Shown here: positions 40,423-53,001 of the stretch, one piece after another
Position numbering within the stretch: the stretch's first letter is position 1
Layout: the number at the start of each line of letters is the position of its first letter
Assembly: GCA_021787615.1 (NCBI GenBank)
Contig: JAJYLP010000001.1
Coordinates: forward strand, 22,447 to 86,446
DNA length: 64,000 nucleotides
Source of the DNA: Pseudomonadota bacterium
GTDB taxonomy: Bacteria > Pseudomonadota > Gammaproteobacteria > Steroidobacterales > Steroidobacteraceae
Direction of reading: 5' to 3'
Position numbers and translations under genes: made by a program
Notes under the pieces: model-generated
Told to the model about the DNA's origin: nothing
Database searches by the model: none
The model's input: the letters and a program-made list of their open reading frames with translations, nothing else

Positions 40423-41891
40423 GCCAGATCCAGCTGCTTGGCGGCCCGCACGTCATCGAGCCGCCGTACCGGCATGGTATGCGGAGCGCTCGTGACGCGC
40501 TCGGGTTCTTGCGCGGCCTCGGCGAGGATGCGCGTCATGGCCTCGACGAATGCATCCAGTGCCGCCTTGCTCTCGGTTTCCGTCGGCTCGATCAGCAGAC
40601 ATTCCGGCACGAGCAGCGGAAAGTAGGTGGTGGGCGCATGCTGGCCATGATCGAGCAGGCGCTTGGCGAAGTCCATCGCCGTCACACCGAGCTCGCGCGC
40701 CTGGCGCTTCACCGTGATGATGAACTCGTGGCTGGCGCGCCGGCGCGGGTAGGCCGCATCGAAGCCCGCCCGGGTCAGCCGCGCGAGCAGGTAGTTGGCA
40801 TTGAGCGTGGCGTACTCGCCCACCTTGGCCATGCCGTCGCGGCCGAGCATGCGCATGTAGATGTAGGCCCGCAGCAGCACCCCGACATTGCCGGCGAAAG
40901 CCGAGAGGCGCCCGATCGAGTGCGGCAGGTCGCGCTCGGTGAGCCAGACGTAGCGCTCGGCGCGGCGCGCCACGATGGGCACCGGCAGGAACGGCGCGAG
41001 TCTCGAGGCGACGCCGACCGGGCCTGCGCCGGGGCCGCCGCCGCCGTGCGGGGTGGAGAAGGTCTTGTGCAGATTGACGTGAATGACGTCGAAGCCCATG
41101 TCTCCCGGGCGCACCTTGCCGAGAATGGCATTGAGGTTGGCTCCGTCGTAATAGAGCAGGCCGCCGGCGGCGTGCACCGTGCGGGCGACCTCCTCGATGC
41201 GCCGCTCGAACACCCCGAGCGTCGAGGGGTTGGTGAGCATGATGCCGGCGGTCTTCGCGCCGACCGCGCGCTTGAGCGCCTCGATGTCGACATCGCCCTC
41301 GGCATCGACCGGCACCTCGCGCGCCACGCAGCCGCACATGGTCGCGGTGGCCGGATTGGTGCCGTGCGCCGCTTCGGGCACGATGATCTCGTTGCGCTCG
41401 AGATCGCCGCGCGCGCGGTGGTAGGCGCGGATCATCGCCACGCCCGCATACTCGCCCTGGGCGCCGGCCATGGGACTCAAGGCCACCGCCTGCATGCCGG
41501 TGACCTCCTTCAGCATCTCCTGCAGCTCGAACAGGCACTCGAGCACGCCCTGGCCGCTTGACTCGGGCGCGAGCGGATGGCGGCCGAGGAACTCCGGCAG
41601 CATCGCGTACTGATTGCACGCCTTGGGGTTGTACTTCATCGTGCACGAGCCCAACGGGTAGAAGTTCGTGTCGATGGAGAAGTTCAGCTGCGAGAGACGC
41701 GTGAAATGGCGCACCGCCTCCAGTTCGCTCACCTCCGGCAGCAGCGGCGGGGCGGCGCGCAGCTGCGCGGTCGGCAGATCCGCCGTGCTGCGCTCATCGG
41801 GCTCGGGCGGCCACTGGTCCTCGGCCCCGCGGCCGCTCACCGAGTGCTCGAAAATCAGTTTTTCCAGACGGTCGGTTCGTTCAGAGCTCAT
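40404..41891 (-). CDS. gcvPB: Glycine dehydrogenase (decarboxylating) subunit 2
   Basis: ORF 40404..41933. The likely start is [17 protein letters not shown] at 41891. It contains CTMKYNPK and [16 protein letters not shown] (PLP lysine). Confidence 0.93.
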   Translation of the reverse strand: MSSERTDRLEKLIFEHSVSGRGAEDQWPPEPDERSTADLPTAQLRAAPPLLPEVSELEAVRHFTRLSQLNFSIDTNFYPLGSCTMKYNPKACNQYAMLPEFLGRHPLAPESSGQGVLECLFELQEMLKEVTGMQAVALSPMAGAQGEYAGVAMIRAYHRARGDLERNEIIVPEAAHGTNPATATMCGCVAREVPVDAEGDVDIEALKRAVGAKTAGIMLTNPSTLGVFERRIEEVARTVHAAGGLLYYDGANLNAILGKVRPGDMGFDVIHVNLHKTFSTPHGGGGPGAGPVGVASRLAPFLPVPIVARRAERYVWLTERDLPHSIGRLSAFAGNVGVLLRAYIYMRMLGRDGMAKVGEYATLNANYLLARLTRAGFDAAYPRRRASHEFIITVKRQARELGVTAMDFAKRLLDHGQHAPTTYFPLLVPECLLIEPTETESKAALDAFVEAMTRILAEAAQEPERVTSAPHTMPVRRLDDVRAAKQLDLAWKPAR

Positions 41892-41905
41892 CGTCGAGTC
41901 TCGCA

Positions 41906-43279
41906 TCAGGCGGCGCGCGCTTCGCGCAGGCACTCATCGAGCGCGGCGCGGTAGCGCTCGATGTCCTCACGGGTCTTGGTCTCGGTGGCGCACACCAGCA
42001 GCGCCGGCCCGAGCTCCGGATAGTGCTCGGCGAGGTCCCAGCCGCCGATGATGCCGCGCGCGGCCAGGCGCTCGAGCAGCGGCGCCGCCGGGCGCTCCAG
42101 AGCGATCGCCGCCTCATGGAACACCGGCTCGGCAAACAGCCGGCGCACCCCGGGCAGGGCGGTAAGCGCGGCAATCAGCTCCTCGGTGCGGGCGTGGCAG
42201 GCCGCCGCGGTGCGCCGCAGCCCCTCGGCTCCCATCAGCGCCAGGTGGATCGTGGCCGCCGTGACCATCAGGCCCTGATTGGTACAGATGTTCGAGGTGG
42301 CCTTGGCGCGGCGGATGTGCTGTTCGCGCGCCTGCAGTGTCAGGGTGAAGCCCGGCCGGCCGTCGGCATCGACGGTGCGCCCGACGATGCGCCCGGGCAT
42401 CTGCCGCACGTGCGCCATGCGAGTGGTCATGAAGCCGAAGTACGGCCCGCCCGAGGAGAGGGGGATGCCGAGCGGCTGGCCGTCGCCGACCACGATGTCC
42501 GCGCCCCGTGCGCCCCATTGCCCCGGGGGCTTCAGCAGCGCGAGCGAGACCGGATTGACCACGCCCACCACCAGAATGTTGCGCGCGTGCGCCCAGTCGG
42601 TCAGCGCGTCCACATCCTCGAGGCGTCCGAACACGTTGGGCTGCTGGATGACGAGCGCGGTGATGTCCTCGCCCTCGTAGCGCTCGAGCGCGCCCATCGG
42701 GATGCAGCCGCTCGCGCTCGAGAACGGCACCTCCTCGAACACCAGACCCTGGTTGCCGGCGATGCCACGCGCGGCGCACCGGTAATGCGGATGCACGGTA
42801 CGCGGCACGAGAATGCGCTGCGAGTGCGAGTGCCGGTTGGCGCGCACGGCCATCAGGCTCGCCTCGGCGAGCGCGCTGGCTCCGTCGTAGAGCGATGCGT
42901 TCGAGACCTCCATGCCCGTGAGATTCACCATCATGGTCTGGTATTCGTACAGCGTCTGCAGCGTGCCCTGGCTGGCCTCGGCCTGATAGGGCGTGTAGGC
43001 GCTGTAGAACTCCCCGCGCGTCGCCACCGCCCAGACCGCCGCCGGAATGTGATGCTCGTAGGCGCCGGCGCCGATGAAGCACAGCGGCCGCCCGTCGCGG
43101 CGCGAGCGCTCGCTCATCAGGCGTGCCAGCTGCATCTCGTTGAGCGCCTCGGGCACTCCCGCGAGCGAGCCGATGCGAAGGTTCGCGGGGATCTCCTCGA
43201 ACAGCCGCTCGATGCCCTCGACGCCGATGGCCTCGAGCATCGCCGCGACATCCTCGCGCGTATGCGGAACGAACGCCAT
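41906..43279 (-). CDS. gcvPA: Glycine dehydrogenase (decarboxylating) subunit 1
   Basis: Internal ATG at 43279 ([20 protein letters not shown]...) with [14 protein letters not shown]. Confidence 0.93.
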   Translation of the reverse strand: MAFVPHTREDVAAMLEAIGVEGIERLFEEIPANLRIGSLAGVPEALNEMQLARLMSERSRRDGRPLCFIGAGAYEHHIPAAVWAVATRGEFYSAYTPYQAEASQGTLQTLYEYQTMMVNLTGMEVSNASLYDGASALAEASLMAVRANRHSHSQRILVPRTVHPHYRCAARGIAGNQGLVFEEVPFSSASGCIPMGALERYEGEDITALVIQQPNVFGRLEDVDALTDWAHARNILVVGVVNPVSLALLKPPGQWGARGADIVVGDGQPLGIPLSSGGPYFGFMTTRMAHVRQMPGRIVGRTVDADGRPGFTLTLQAREQHIRRAKATSNICTNQGLMVTAATIHLALMGAEGLRRTAAACHARTEELIAALTALPGVRRLFAEPVFHEAAIALERPAAPLLERLAARGIIGGWDLAEHYPELGPALLVCATETKTREDIERYRAALDECLREARAA

Positions 43280-43668
43280 CAGTTGCCCTCCTCCGCGGTC
43301 AGCTTCTCGTACTCGGCGGCAGTGAGCAGCGCGCCCGGCGCGCCCTCGGGGCGCACCCGCGCGAGCCACCCGCCGCCGTAGGGATCGGTGTTGAGGGCCT
43401 CGGGGGCGTTCGCGAGGGCCGCGTTGCCCTCGATCACCTCGCCGGTGACGGGCGCGTAGACGTCCGAGGCCGCCTTGACGGACTCCACCACGGCGAACGG
43501 CTCCCCCGGGGTGACCTTGCGGCCCTTCTCGGGCACCTCGACGAACACCAGATCGCCGAGAGCGTGCTGCGCGTGATCGGTGATGCCGACCTCGACGGTA
43601 CCGTCGGGCAGCGTCCGCAGCCATTCGTGGGTGCGCGTGTATTTGAGATCGGAAGGAACCTTGCTCAT
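43279..43668 (-). CDS. gcvH: Glycine cleavage system H protein
   Basis: 129 aa with the lipoyl-lysine block [14 protein letters not shown]. Confidence 0.95.
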   Translation of the reverse strand: MSKVPSDLKYTRTHEWLRTLPDGTVEVGITDHAQHALGDLVFVEVPEKGRKVTPGEPFAVVESVKAASDVYAPVTGEVIEGNAALANAPEALNTDPYGGGWLARVRPEGAPGALLTAAEYEKLTAEEGN

Positions 43669-43740
43669 GCGACGCTCCGTAGGGTCGAATCGATGATTGT
43701 GGGTGGTTGGATGGCGGGGAGGCGACCGGTTCGCGCAGGC

Positions 43741-44826
43741 TCAGCCGACGAGCGACTTGCCGTGCCGCACGAACGGCGGCTTCACGACGCGGGCGGCGAG
43801 CAGCCTGCCGCGCACGTCGACCTGGACCTGATCGCTCGCCGAGGCGGGGATGCGCGCCAGCGCAATCGAGCGCTCGAGAGTCGGGGAGAACGTGCCGCTG
43901 GTGATCTCGCCCTCGCCGGCGCCCGGGGCGATCACGCGCTGGTGCGCGCGCAGCACGCCGCGCTCCTCGAGCACCAGGCCGGCGAGCTTGCGCTCGAGCC
44001 CGCGTGCGCGCAGCGCCTCGAGCGCCTCGCGGCCGATGAACGCGCGCCCCGGTCCCATCGCGACCGTCCAGGCGAGGCCCGACTCGAGCGGGTTGGTGTT
44101 CTCGTCCATGTCGTTGCCGTAGAGGTTCATGCCCGCCTCCAGGCGCAGCGTATCGCGCGCGCCGAGGCCGCAGGGCACGACGCCGGCGCCCCTCAGGGCG
44201 CGCCACAGCGCTTCGGCCTCGTGCGCCGGCAGCATGATCTCGAAGCCGTCCTCGCCGGTGTAGCCCGTGCGGGAGATGAACCAGCCATCGATCTCGGCGC
44301 CGAAGAAGGCGCCGAGTGCGAGCGCCCGCTCGGCCCCGGCGCCCGACAGCAGGCCCGCCACGCGCTCGCGCGCCTCGGGCCCCTGCACGGCGAGCATCGC
44401 CAGATCGGCCCGCTCGCGCACGCAGACGCCGAACGGCTCGGCGTGCCGGCGCATCCAGGCGAGATCCTTGTCGCGGGTGCCGGCGTTGACCACGGCGCGG
44501 AACCACTGCTCGTCGAGGTAGTAGACGATGAGGTCATCGATGACGCCGCCGCGCTCATTCAGGAGACACCCGTAGAGCGCCTTGCCGGGGGCGGCGAGCT
44601 TGCTCACGTCATTGGCGTAGAGCTTGAGCAGGAACGGCCGCACGGCCTCGCCCTCAAGATCGACCACGCACATGTGGGACACGTCGAACACGCCGGCTGC
44701 ACGCCGCACGGCATGGTGCTCGGCGATCAGGGAGCCGTACTGCAGGGGCATGTCCCAGCCCCCGAAATCCACGATGCGCGCGCCCGCGGCCTGATGGATG
44801 GCGAATAAAGGGGTTCGTCGTGCCAC
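43741..44826 (-). CDS. gcvT: Glycine cleavage system aminomethyltransferase T
   Basis: The last 362 codons of ORF 43741..46785. A GTG at 44826 has GGAGGA 5 nt upstream. The sequence reads [29 protein letters not shown]...FDVSHM. Confidence 0.93.
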   Translation of the reverse strand: MARRTPLFAIHQAAGARIVDFGGWDMPLQYGSLIAEHHAVRRAAGVFDVSHMCVVDLEGEAVRPFLLKLYANDVSKLAAPGKALYGCLLNERGGVIDDLIVYYLDEQWFRAVVNAGTRDKDLAWMRRHAEPFGVCVRERADLAMLAVQGPEARERVAGLLSGAGAERALALGAFFGAEIDGWFISRTGYTGEDGFEIMLPAHEAEALWRALRGAGVVPCGLGARDTLRLEAGMNLYGNDMDENTNPLESGLAWTVAMGPGRAFIGREALEALRARGLERKLAGLVLEERGVLRAHQRVIAPGAGEGEITSGTFSPTLERSIALARIPASASDQVQVDVRGRLLAARVVKPPFVRHGKSLVG

Positions 44827-44843
44827 AGATCCTCCAGAGAAAC

Positions 44844-45080
44844 AAAAAAAGCGGCAGGCTCGCCTGCCGCCCCTCTGTCCGGTGACCTGAGAGATCGGGC
44901 GCCGCGCGCCTCTCCCCTTCGGTGGGCCGGCACTGCAACGCGCCCGCCGCTCTCCAGAGACCCCGCGCAGAACCCTGCGGCCTGCGCAATCTGCCGTTCG
45001 TGTGCCTGAGCGTTTCCGGGCGGGAATTGCGCCTTCGGCGTTCCGGCCCGCGGGCCGGACTCTCTCCGTGCAGATCGGTG
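44844..45080 (-). promoter_or_regulatory. Tandem glycine riboswitch with a terminator-type expression platform
   Basis: Read on the minus strand there are two aptamers. Aptamer 1 is ...cacGGAGAGagtccgg...CGCCGAAGGcGCAA...CTCAGGCA... Aptamer 2 is ...CTCTGGAGAGcgg...CCACCGAAGGGGag...CTCTCAGGtcaccgGACAG... They are followed by the hairpin gcggcaggc-ga-gcctgccgc plus TTTTTTT (44844..44870) just upstream of gcvT. Confidence 0.8.
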
Positions 45081-45237
45081 TTCGGGGCGCGCCGATGATA
45101 CCAGTCTTTGGGCCGGATTGGCGCAGCCGGCGGCGCGGCGCGCCGCCCCCGCTCGCGCCGGCGGTCGCGTCGGGCCGGCCGGACCGGTAAAATCCCAGGC
45201 CCATCGATTCGCTCCCCGAAGTCACTGGCAGGTCTCC

Positions 45238-46482
<1,245 letters not shown>

Positions 46483-46515
46483 GGGCGCCGCGGGCGGCAG
46501 GCACGAGGTGCTGCG

Positions 46516-46854
46516 ATGAGCGAACTGAACGAGCGCAAATGCAAGCCCTGCGAGGGCGGCGTCGCGCCGCTGACGCGCGAGGCGGCCGAGGCCCTGGCCC
46601 GCAAGCTCTCGCACGAGTGGGTCCTGTCCACGGCGGGGCCGTACCTGCGGCGCGAATTCCGTTTCAGGGACTTCTACCGCACCATGAGCTTCGTCAACGC
46701 GCTCGCGCACATCGCCAACATCGAGGACCATCATCCGGACCTCGAGATCGGCTACAACTACTGCCGCGTGCAGTACACCACGCACGCCATCAAGGGCCTG
46801 TCCGAGAACGACTTCATCTGCGCCGCGAAGATCGACCGCATCCCGCTCAGCTGA
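46516..46854 (+). CDS. phhB: Pterin-4-alpha-carbinolamine dehydratase
   Basis: 112 aa with [12 protein letters not shown], the PCD signature. Confidence 0.88.
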   Translation: MSELNERKCKPCEGGVAPLTREAAEALARKLSHEWVLSTAGPYLRREFRFRDFYRTMSFVNALAHIANIEDHHPDLEIGYNYCRVQYTTHAIKGLSENDFICAAKIDRIPLS

Positions 46855-48103
46855 GCGGCGCCCCGCCGAGGCGCGCCGCAGCGGGCAGCTCGCCGGTGAG
46901 CCCGAGCGCCTGAGCGATGAACAGGCGCTTCACCGTCTCGCTGCGGTTCACCCAGGCGAGCCCGTGCTGCGCCAGCTGCGCGAGCGGGCCGGAGCCGTGG
47001 GCGAGAAAGCGGTTGAAGCCGTCGATGGCGAGCGTCATGGGCGCCAGTTCGCTCTTGCGCCAGCGCTCGTAGCGGCGCAGCGGCCGCGCCGCGCCCGGAT
47101 CCTCCCCCACGCGGTGCGCGAGCAGCACGCACTCGGCGAGCGTCGCCGCATCGAGCAGGCCGAGGTTGACGCCTTGCCCGGCCAGCGGATGCACCACGTG
47201 CGCGGCATCGCCGATCAGCGCGCAGCGCGCAGCGGTGAAGCGCTCGGCGCGCAGCCTGCGCAGCGGCACCCCGAGGCGCTCCGTGCACAGCCGCACCGCG
47301 CCGAGCACGCCGTCCGAGGCGGCAAGCAGCGCCTCCTCGAACTGCGCCGTCGGCAAGGCCAGCCGCTCGCGGGCGGTCGCCTCATCGAGGGACCACACGA
47401 TGGAGCTCGATCCGTCGGCGAGCGGCAGAAACGCCAGCGTGCCGTCCCCCAGGAACCGCTGCCAGGCGGTCCGCTCGTGCGGCTGCTCGGTGCGCACGTT
47501 GGCGACAATCGCGGTCTGCTGGTAGCTCACCTCGCGGACCGCCAGCCCGAGCGCATCGCGCACCCTGGAGCGCGCCCCGTCGGCCCCGACGAGCAGCCTG
47601 CAGTGCAAGACATCCGCGCCGGCGCGCACCTGCACATCCTGATCGCGTATCGCAAGCCCGGAGAACCCCGCCGCGATGACCGTTCCGCCGGCCGCCTCGA
47701 ACGCCTCGAGCGCCGCGCACTGCACGAGGCGGTTCTCGGCAATGGCCCCGAGATTCGCCTCGCCCGCATAGGCCGCATCGAACCGCAGCGCATCGGCGCT
47801 GCGCGCCGGCAGATGCGCCGGCCAGACGCACATGCGCTCATAGGGCTGGACGCGGCGCGCGGGCATTCGCTCCCACGCACCGGCCGTGGTGAGGATCCGC
47901 TCGCTCGAGCGCGACCAGGCGGACACGCGCGCATCGAGAGCCGCCTGCGGAGCCGGCGGCGCGGGCCGGGCGGGCTCGAGCAATCCGATGCGCAGCGGGC
48001 GCCGCCCGGTCCCGGCGGCGCGCTGCAGCAGCGCCCCGGCGCACGCGCCCACCGGACCGCCGCCGACGATCAGCACATCCCAACGCGGCGCAGCAGTGCT
48101 CAT
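46847..48103 (-). CDS. ubiI: UbiH/UbiF/VisC/COQ6-family FAD-dependent ubiquinone hydroxylase
   Basis: 418 aa with [11 protein letters not shown] (GxGxxG) and [18 protein letters not shown]. It sits downstream of ubiH, as visC/ubiI does in E. coli. Confidence 0.8.
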   Translation of the reverse strand: MSTAAPRWDVLIVGGGPVGACAGALLQRAAGTGRRPLRIGLLEPARPAPPAPQAALDARVSAWSRSSERILTTAGAWERMPARRVQPYERMCVWPAHLPARSADALRFDAAYAGEANLGAIAENRLVQCAALEAFEAAGGTVIAAGFSGLAIRDQDVQVRAGADVLHCRLLVGADGARSRVRDALGLAVREVSYQQTAIVANVRTEQPHERTAWQRFLGDGTLAFLPLADGSSSIVWSLDEATARERLALPTAQFEEALLAASDGVLGAVRLCTERLGVPLRRLRAERFTAARCALIGDAAHVVHPLAGQGVNLGLLDAATLAECVLLAHRVGEDPGAARPLRRYERWRKSELAPMTLAIDGFNRFLAHGSGPLAQLAQHGLAWVNRSETVKRLFIAQALGLTGELPAAARLGGAPLS

Positions 48104-49344
48104 GCGAGCGGCAGCCCCCGCGCCAGACGCGGTGTCGGACCGCCGAAACCCAGGCTCACCCGGGCCAGCGCCCGCTTGGCCGGCGGCGACAGATCGAACA
48201 ACACCAGGCCGAGATTGCGCAGCAGGCTCGCCCCGGGGAGGCGGCTGGCGAACAGCTTCACCAGGGAGTCGGTGAAGCGCACCACGCCGCCGCGGTCCGC
48301 CGCCCGCGCCTCGCTGTAGGCGTCGAGCAGCTGCGGCGCACCGGGATCAGCGGCGCACGTGGCGATGCGCTCGGCGAGCAGCGCCGCATCGCGCAGGCCG
48401 AGATTGAACCCCTGTCCGGCGATCGGGTGCAGCCCCTGGGCCGCATTGCCGATGAGCACCGTGCGCATGCCCACCGTCGCGGCGGCGCGGGACAGCCTCA
48501 AAGGATAGGACGCGCGCTTCCCGGCGCGCAGGAAGCGCCCCGCACGCCAGCCGAATCGCTCCTGCAGCGCATTCAGATAGGCCCCGTCGCTGAGGGCGAG
48601 CAGCTCGGCGGCGCGCGCGGGCTCGCTGGCCCAGACCGTGCCGTAGCCCCCGCCGTGCAGCGGCAGGACCGCCACCGGACCGGTCGGCGTGAAGCGCTCG
48701 TATGCCGTGCCGTCATGGGGCCGATCGGTGAGGACCGCCGCCGTGATGGCCACCTGGGCGTAATCCTCCACCTGCGCCGCAATGCCGGCTGCCGCGCGGA
48801 CTACGGAGTTGGCGCCGTCCGCCGCCACCAACAACCGCGCGCTCGCGGTCTCGTGCGCGCCGTCCGCCCCCTCGACCGTGAGCGCCGCGCCATCGGCGGC
48901 AATCGCCACTGCGGTGACCCGCGCCGGCACGCGTATCGTGACGCCGCCGGCGCGCCGCAATCCGCGCCACAGGGCGGCGCCCATCACACGATTGGGGATG
49001 ACGTGCCCGAAAGCCTCGACACCCTGTTCCGCGGCGCGCAGACAGGCGCTGCCGAAGCGGCCCGCCTCCGAGACATGGATGGTGCGGATCGGCGCCGCCT
49101 CGCCCGCGAGCTCCTCCCAGATGCCCAGTCCCTGGAAGATGCGCCGGCTGGCGTTGCCGAGCGCGCTCGTGCGCTCATCGAAACTCGGCTGACTGCTCGA
49201 GTCCGGCGCGACACCCTCGACCAGCAGCACCCGCACCGCGCTGCCGGCAAGCGCCAGCGCCAGGCTCGCGCCGACCAGCCCGCCGCCGACGATCGCAACG
49301 TCGTACTCGCGCGGCGCGCCGCCGCGCACCTCATGCTTGGGCAC
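48100..49344 (-). CDS. ubiH: 2-octaprenyl-6-methoxyphenol hydroxylase-like FAD monooxygenase
   Basis: 414 aa with DVAIVGGGLVG and GNAAQGLHPIAGQGFNLG. It follows pepP. Confidence 0.8.
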   Translation of the reverse strand: MPKHEVRGGAPREYDVAIVGGGLVGASLALALAGSAVRVLLVEGVAPDSSSQPSFDERTSALGNASRRIFQGLGIWEELAGEAAPIRTIHVSEAGRFGSACLRAAEQGVEAFGHVIPNRVMGAALWRGLRRAGGVTIRVPARVTAVAIAADGAALTVEGADGAHETASARLLVAADGANSVVRAAAGIAAQVEDYAQVAITAAVLTDRPHDGTAYERFTPTGPVAVLPLHGGGYGTVWASEPARAAELLALSDGAYLNALQERFGWRAGRFLRAGKRASYPLRLSRAAATVGMRTVLIGNAAQGLHPIAGQGFNLGLRDAALLAERIATCAADPGAPQLLDAYSEARAADRGGVVRFTDSLVKLFASRLPGASLLRNLGLVLFDLSPPAKRALARVSLGFGGPTPRLARGLPLA

Positions 49345-50722
49345 GCTGACTCCGCCGCGCCTTGCCGCGCGTGCGCGCGGCCGGAGCCCGCGCGCCGTTC
49401 ACATGCGGCTCGGCCATCAGCGCCTCGATCAGATCGGGATCCTTCGGGACGCCGTCGGTGAGCACTTCGGCTCCGCTCTTGGTCACTACGACGTCGTCTT
49501 CGATGCGCATGCCGATGCCTTGGAAGCGTTTGGGCGCGCCGCGCGCGCCGCGAGGAATGTAGATGCCCGGCTCGATCGTCAGCACCATCCCGGGCTCGAG
49601 GACACGCCACGCCTCCCCGACCTTGTAATCGCCGACATCGTGCACATCCATCCCGAGCCAGTGGCCGGTGCGGTGCATGAAGAAACGCCGGTAGGCGCCA
49701 TCGCGCTCAAGCTTCGCCGGCCGGCCCTTGAGCAGCCCGAGTCGGACCAGCCCCTGGGTGATCACCCGGACCGCCGCCTCGTGCGGCTCGTTCCAGTGAT
49801 TGCCGGGGCGCACTTTGGCGATCGCCGCGCGATTGGCCTCGTGCACGACCTCGTAGACCGCCCGCTGCTCACGGCTGAAACGCCCGCTCACCGGGAAGGT
49901 GCGGGTGATGTCCGAGGCGTAGCACTGGTATTCGCAGCCGGCGTCGATCAGCACCACCTCGCCGTCGCGCAGCGGCTGATCGTTCTCGTTGTAGTGCAGG
50001 ATGCAGCTGTTCGCCCCCGAGCCGACGATGGGGTGGTAGGAGGTGTCGGCTCCGTGGCGGCGGAACTCGTGCACGAGCTCGGCCATCAGCTCGTATTCCA
50101 TGCGGCCGGGTCGGCAGAAACGCATGGCCCGCACGTGCGCCAGCGCGCCGATGCGCGCCGCTTCACGCATCAGATCGAGCTCGGTGCGCGATTTGAACAG
50201 GCGCAGCTCGTGCAGCACCTGATCGAGCGCCACGAACTCCTGCGGCGGATGGCGGCCATTGCGCGCCTGGGTGCGCAGGCCGTTCACCCAGCCGACCACC
50301 CGCTGGTCGAATTCCGGGTATATGCCCATGGCATAGAAGACCTTGGCGCGGTTCTCCATCAGCCCGGGGAGGATCTCGTCGATATCAGTGATGGGGAACG
50401 CATCGTGCGCGCCGTAGAGGCGGCGCGCGCCCGCCGGGCCGGCGCGCCGGCCGTCCCACGTCTCGCGCGTCGGATCACGGTCGCGGACGAACAGGATGTA
50501 CTCGGCCTGTTCGCGCCCCGGGATCAGAACGGCGACCGACTCCGGCTCGCCGAAGCCGGTGAGATAGTGAAAGTCGCTGTCCTGCCGGTACGCGTAATCG
50601 ACGTCGTTGTTGCGCTTGCGGACCGGCGCGGCCGGGATGATGGCGATCGCATCGCGTCCCATCAGGCGCATCAGCGCTCGACGGCGACGCGCGAACTCTT
50701 CTGCGGGGGTCTCGGGCTTCAA
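49331..50722 (-). CDS. pepP: Xaa-Pro aminopeptidase
   Basis: ORF 49331..50977 with the M24B motifs (HGTGHWLGMDVHD-like HRTGHWLGMDVHD, IEPG, RIEDD). The best start is an in-frame TTG at 50722 overlapping the ygfB stop. An alternative ATG (MRLMGRD) lies about 50 nt downstream. Confidence 0.88.
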   Translation of the reverse strand: MKPETPAEEFARRRRALMRLMGRDAIAIIPAAPVRKRNNDVDYAYRQDSDFHYLTGFGEPESVAVLIPGREQAEYILFVRDRDPTRETWDGRRAGPAGARRLYGAHDAFPITDIDEILPGLMENRAKVFYAMGIYPEFDQRVVGWVNGLRTQARNGRHPPQEFVALDQVLHELRLFKSRTELDLMREAARIGALAHVRAMRFCRPGRMEYELMAELVHEFRRHGADTSYHPIVGSGANSCILHYNENDQPLRDGEVVLIDAGCEYQCYASDITRTFPVSGRFSREQRAVYEVVHEANRAAIAKVRPGNHWNEPHEAAVRVITQGLVRLGLLKGRPAKLERDGAYRRFFMHRTGHWLGMDVHDVGDYKVGEAWRVLEPGMVLTIEPGIYIPRGARGAPKRFQGIGMRIEDDVVVTKSGAEVLTDGVPKDPDLIEALMAEPHVNGARAPAARTRGKARRSQRAQA

Positions 50723-51276
50723 TGGAAAGGCGCTCCAGGTGAGGCGGGCGGGTCGCGCAGCGGCGCGAGCTCCTCGAATACCACTTGCACGCTGACGCGC
50801 ATGAACTCGACGAGCTCGGCATAGGCCGCCTCGTTCGACTCCTCGCTCTGCGTCGTGTCGACCGCGGCACTGCCGATTTCCGTAATGTCGTTGACGATCT
50901 CGCTCAGCTCCCCGGGCATGTTCGCCGCATCGCGCAGCACGCCGAGGCCGAGCCCGTAGAGAAACCCCTGACACCACAGCGCGAGCGCCCCGGCGCGCTC
51001 GATGATCGGCCGCTCGTCATCGGGCAGCAGCAGGTCAAATCCCATCTCCGGGCCGGTGAGCGTCCCTGCGGTATGCCGATACAGGGCGCGCAGCACCGGC
51101 ATGCTCGGTGGGCGGGCCTCCCCCTCCGGCAGGATGTCGAGCAGCCAGTCCTCGAAACGATACCCCGGCGCAGAGCACAGCGAGCCGGTCAGCGTGCCGT
51201 GCGCCTCGGCCGCATCGGTGAGCGAATGCTCGCCGGTGAGAACGGTCTGAACCTCTGCATAGTCCGCCTGCATCAT
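50719..51276 (-). CDS. ygfB: UPF0149-family protein YgfB
   Basis: 185 aa, acidic, upstream of pepP-ubiH-ubiI as in enterobacteria. Confidence 0.8.
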   Translation of the reverse strand: MMQADYAEVQTVLTGEHSLTDAAEAHGTLTGSLCSAPGYRFEDWLLDILPEGEARPPSMPVLRALYRHTAGTLTGPEMGFDLLLPDDERPIIERAGALALWCQGFLYGLGLGVLRDAANMPGELSEIVNDITEIGSAAVDTTQSEESNEAAYAELVEFMRVSVQVVFEELAPLRDPPASPGAPFH

Positions 51277-51385
51277 TACCGGCCATTATGCCGCATGTCG
51301 GCGCCGGCGGATCCCCGCCCCCTCGGGGGGCGTGCGGAGCTTCGCATTGACCGCGTAGAGAGCGCGGCACTATAGTCGCGCCAGC

Positions 51386-51616
51386 ATGAGCGCTGCCGCA
51401 TCATCAGCCCTCGATACCGAGCTCGCCCGCCTGACCCGGCGGATCGATGAGCTGCTCGGCGCCCTCGAGCAGCTGCGCGAGGAGAACCACGCACTCAAGC
51501 AGCGGCACGAATCGCTCGCCAGCGAGCGCGCGACGCTGCTGCAGAAGAACGAACAGGTGCGCGCGCGGGTCGAGGCCATGATCGGGCGATTGAAAACCCT
51601 GGAGCACGGCGCGTGA
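51386..51616 (+). CDS. Small coiled-coil protein (TIGR02449/ZapB-like) upstream of zapA
   Basis: 76 aa with continuous heptad-like sequence (LARLTRRIDELLGALEQLREENHALKQRHESL). The stop overlaps the zapA start. Confidence 0.55.
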   Translation: MSAAASSALDTELARLTRRIDELLGALEQLREENHALKQRHESLASERATLLQKNEQVRARVEAMIGRLKTLEHGA

Positions 51617-51927
51617 GCGCAGATCCGGCGCGCGTCAGCGTGCGCATCCTCGACCGGGACTACATGATCGCCTGCCCCCACGAGGAGCGGCCGGCCCTGC
51701 TCGATGCGGCGGAATACCTGAATGCCCGCATGCGCGAAGTGCGCGACAGCGGCAAGGTCGTCGGACTCGACCGCATCGCGGTCATGGTCGCGCTCAATAT
51801 GGCAAACGAGCTGCTGCTGCTTCGCGAGCGGGGCAACCGCAGCACCGTCGAGGCCGGCGACAAGGTCCGCGCCCTGCGCGAGCGGGTGGAAACGGCGCTC
51901 GGACACAGCCGGCCGCTCGAACTGTGA
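51613..51927 (+). CDS. zapA: Cell division protein ZapA
   Basis: 104 aa with VSVRILDRDYMIACPHEERPALLDAAEYLNARMREVR, typical of ZapA. It is followed by the 6S RNA locus. Confidence 0.85.
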   Translation: MSADPARVSVRILDRDYMIACPHEERPALLDAAEYLNARMREVRDSGKVVGLDRIAVMVALNMANELLLLRERGNRSTVEAGDKVRALRERVETALGHSRPLEL

Positions 51928-51982
51928 GGCGCGGCGCGGCGCGCTCGCCCCGACTGCACCCAGGCGGGCTTTGGTGTACAGT

Positions 51983-52186
51983 GCTCAGAGCGTCGCCTGC
52001 GGTGTTCGACACGCGGGCCGGGTTACCTCGGACCCTAATTGAAACACCCATGGGACTTCAGGGCTTGCCGGCAGAATTGTGCAAGTCCGCCCCGAGCGGA
52101 AAGCCTTACCTGCCGCAGCCCGTCCCACTTGTTGCTCCGGTTCGAGAGCAACGGTTCGCACCGGCACAGGCGGGTGACGCTTCCTG
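51983..52186 (+). ncRNA. ssrS: 6S RNA (ends approximate)
   Basis: This is the conserved zapA-ssrS-ygfA position. The 5' arm gcgtcgcctgcggtg pairs, with bulges, to the 3' arm caccggcacaggcgggtgacgc, giving a long interrupted helix. There is an internal hairpin gttgctc-cggttcga-gagcaac near the 3' end, as in E. coli 6S. No covariance model was run. Confidence 0.6.
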
Positions 52187-52209
52187 ATTCCAGCCTGCAG
52201 GCGGCCCGC

Positions 52210-52854
52210 ATGCGATTGCGGGCCTCGCTCCGACAAGCCCGCCGGAGCATTCCTCCGATCGAGCGTGCGCGCAGCGCGCGCCGCGTGGCGCTGATCGCCG
52301 ACCGCGAGCGCCTGGTGCGTCCGCAGTGGCGCATCGGCCTTTACGTCGCGCTGCCCGAAGAACTCGATAGCGCCGCGCTGCTGGCGCTCGCCCGCCGCCG
52401 CGGCTGCCAGGTGTATCTGCCGCGCATCGGCGCGCAGCCGCCGGCCCGCTCGATGCAGTTCGTGCGGCTCGGCACGCGGATGCTGCGCAATCGCTTCGCC
52501 ATCCCCGAGCCGCTCGGCCCCGCGCTGCCGAGCGCGCGCGCGCTCGATATCCTCTTCGTCCCGCTGGTCGGATTCGATCGGCGCGGGAACCGTCTCGGCA
52601 TGGGCGGGGGTTATTACGATCGCGCGCTGGCTTTCGCGCGCGCGCGCGCGATGAGCGCGAGGCCGCTGCTCGTTGGACTCGGCTACGCGATGCAGCAGCT
52701 CGAGCGCATCGAGCGCGCGGCGCACGATGTGCCGCTCGACATGGTGATCACCGAGCGCGGCCTCATCCATTGCGCCCGCACCGGCGCTCTCGCCGTGAGC
52801 GATGGGAACACGCGGCGTCGATCGAGTGGCGCCGCACGACCCGCGGTCCGCTAG
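52210..52854 (+). CDS. ygfA: 5-formyltetrahydrofolate cyclo-ligase
   Basis: Internal ATG at 52210 (MRLRASLRQARRSI...) with FVPLVGFDRRGNRLGMGGGYYDR. The 5' part of ORF 52039..52854 overlaps the 6S RNA and is not coding. Confidence 0.85.
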   Translation: MRLRASLRQARRSIPPIERARSARRVALIADRERLVRPQWRIGLYVALPEELDSAALLALARRRGCQVYLPRIGAQPPARSMQFVRLGTRMLRNRFAIPEPLGPALPSARALDILFVPLVGFDRRGNRLGMGGGYYDRALAFARARAMSARPLLVGLGYAMQQLERIERAAHDVPLDMVITERGLIHCARTGALAVSDGNTRRRSSGAARPAVR

Positions 52855-52870
52855 CACATCCTCTTAGGAC

Positions 52871-52900
52871 TTGCTTGTATTTTTGTTTCGCATGTATATA
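52871..52900 (+). promoter_or_regulatory. Strong sigma70-like promoter
   Basis: TTGCTT-N17/18-(g)TATATA lies in an AT-rich island, about 40 nt upstream of the Lys-rich mini-ORF. Confidence 0.5.
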
Positions 52901-52938
52901 CTCGGCCCTCGGACTAACCCGTCAACTGGAGAGCCAAC

Positions 52939-52992
52939 ATGGCGAAGGCAAAGAAGAAGGCCGCGAAAAAGAAAGCTGCGAAGAAGAAGTAA
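52939..52992 (+). CDS. Candidate 17-aa polycationic micro-ORF MAKAKKKAAKKKAAKKK
   Basis: The ATG is preceded by tGGAGag with a 7-nt spacer. There are 17 sense codons and a TAA stop, and the ORF is flanked by its own promoter and hairpins. Coding status is unproven. Confidence 0.35.
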   Translation: MAKAKKKAAKKKAAKKK

Positions 52993-53001
52993 GGCCTTTC
53001 G

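Noticed and set aside
52039-52209. N-terminal extension of the 5-formyl-THF cyclo-ligase ORF
   Set aside because: It overlaps the 6S RNA locus. The conserved cyclo-ligase sequence begins at the ATG at 52210.
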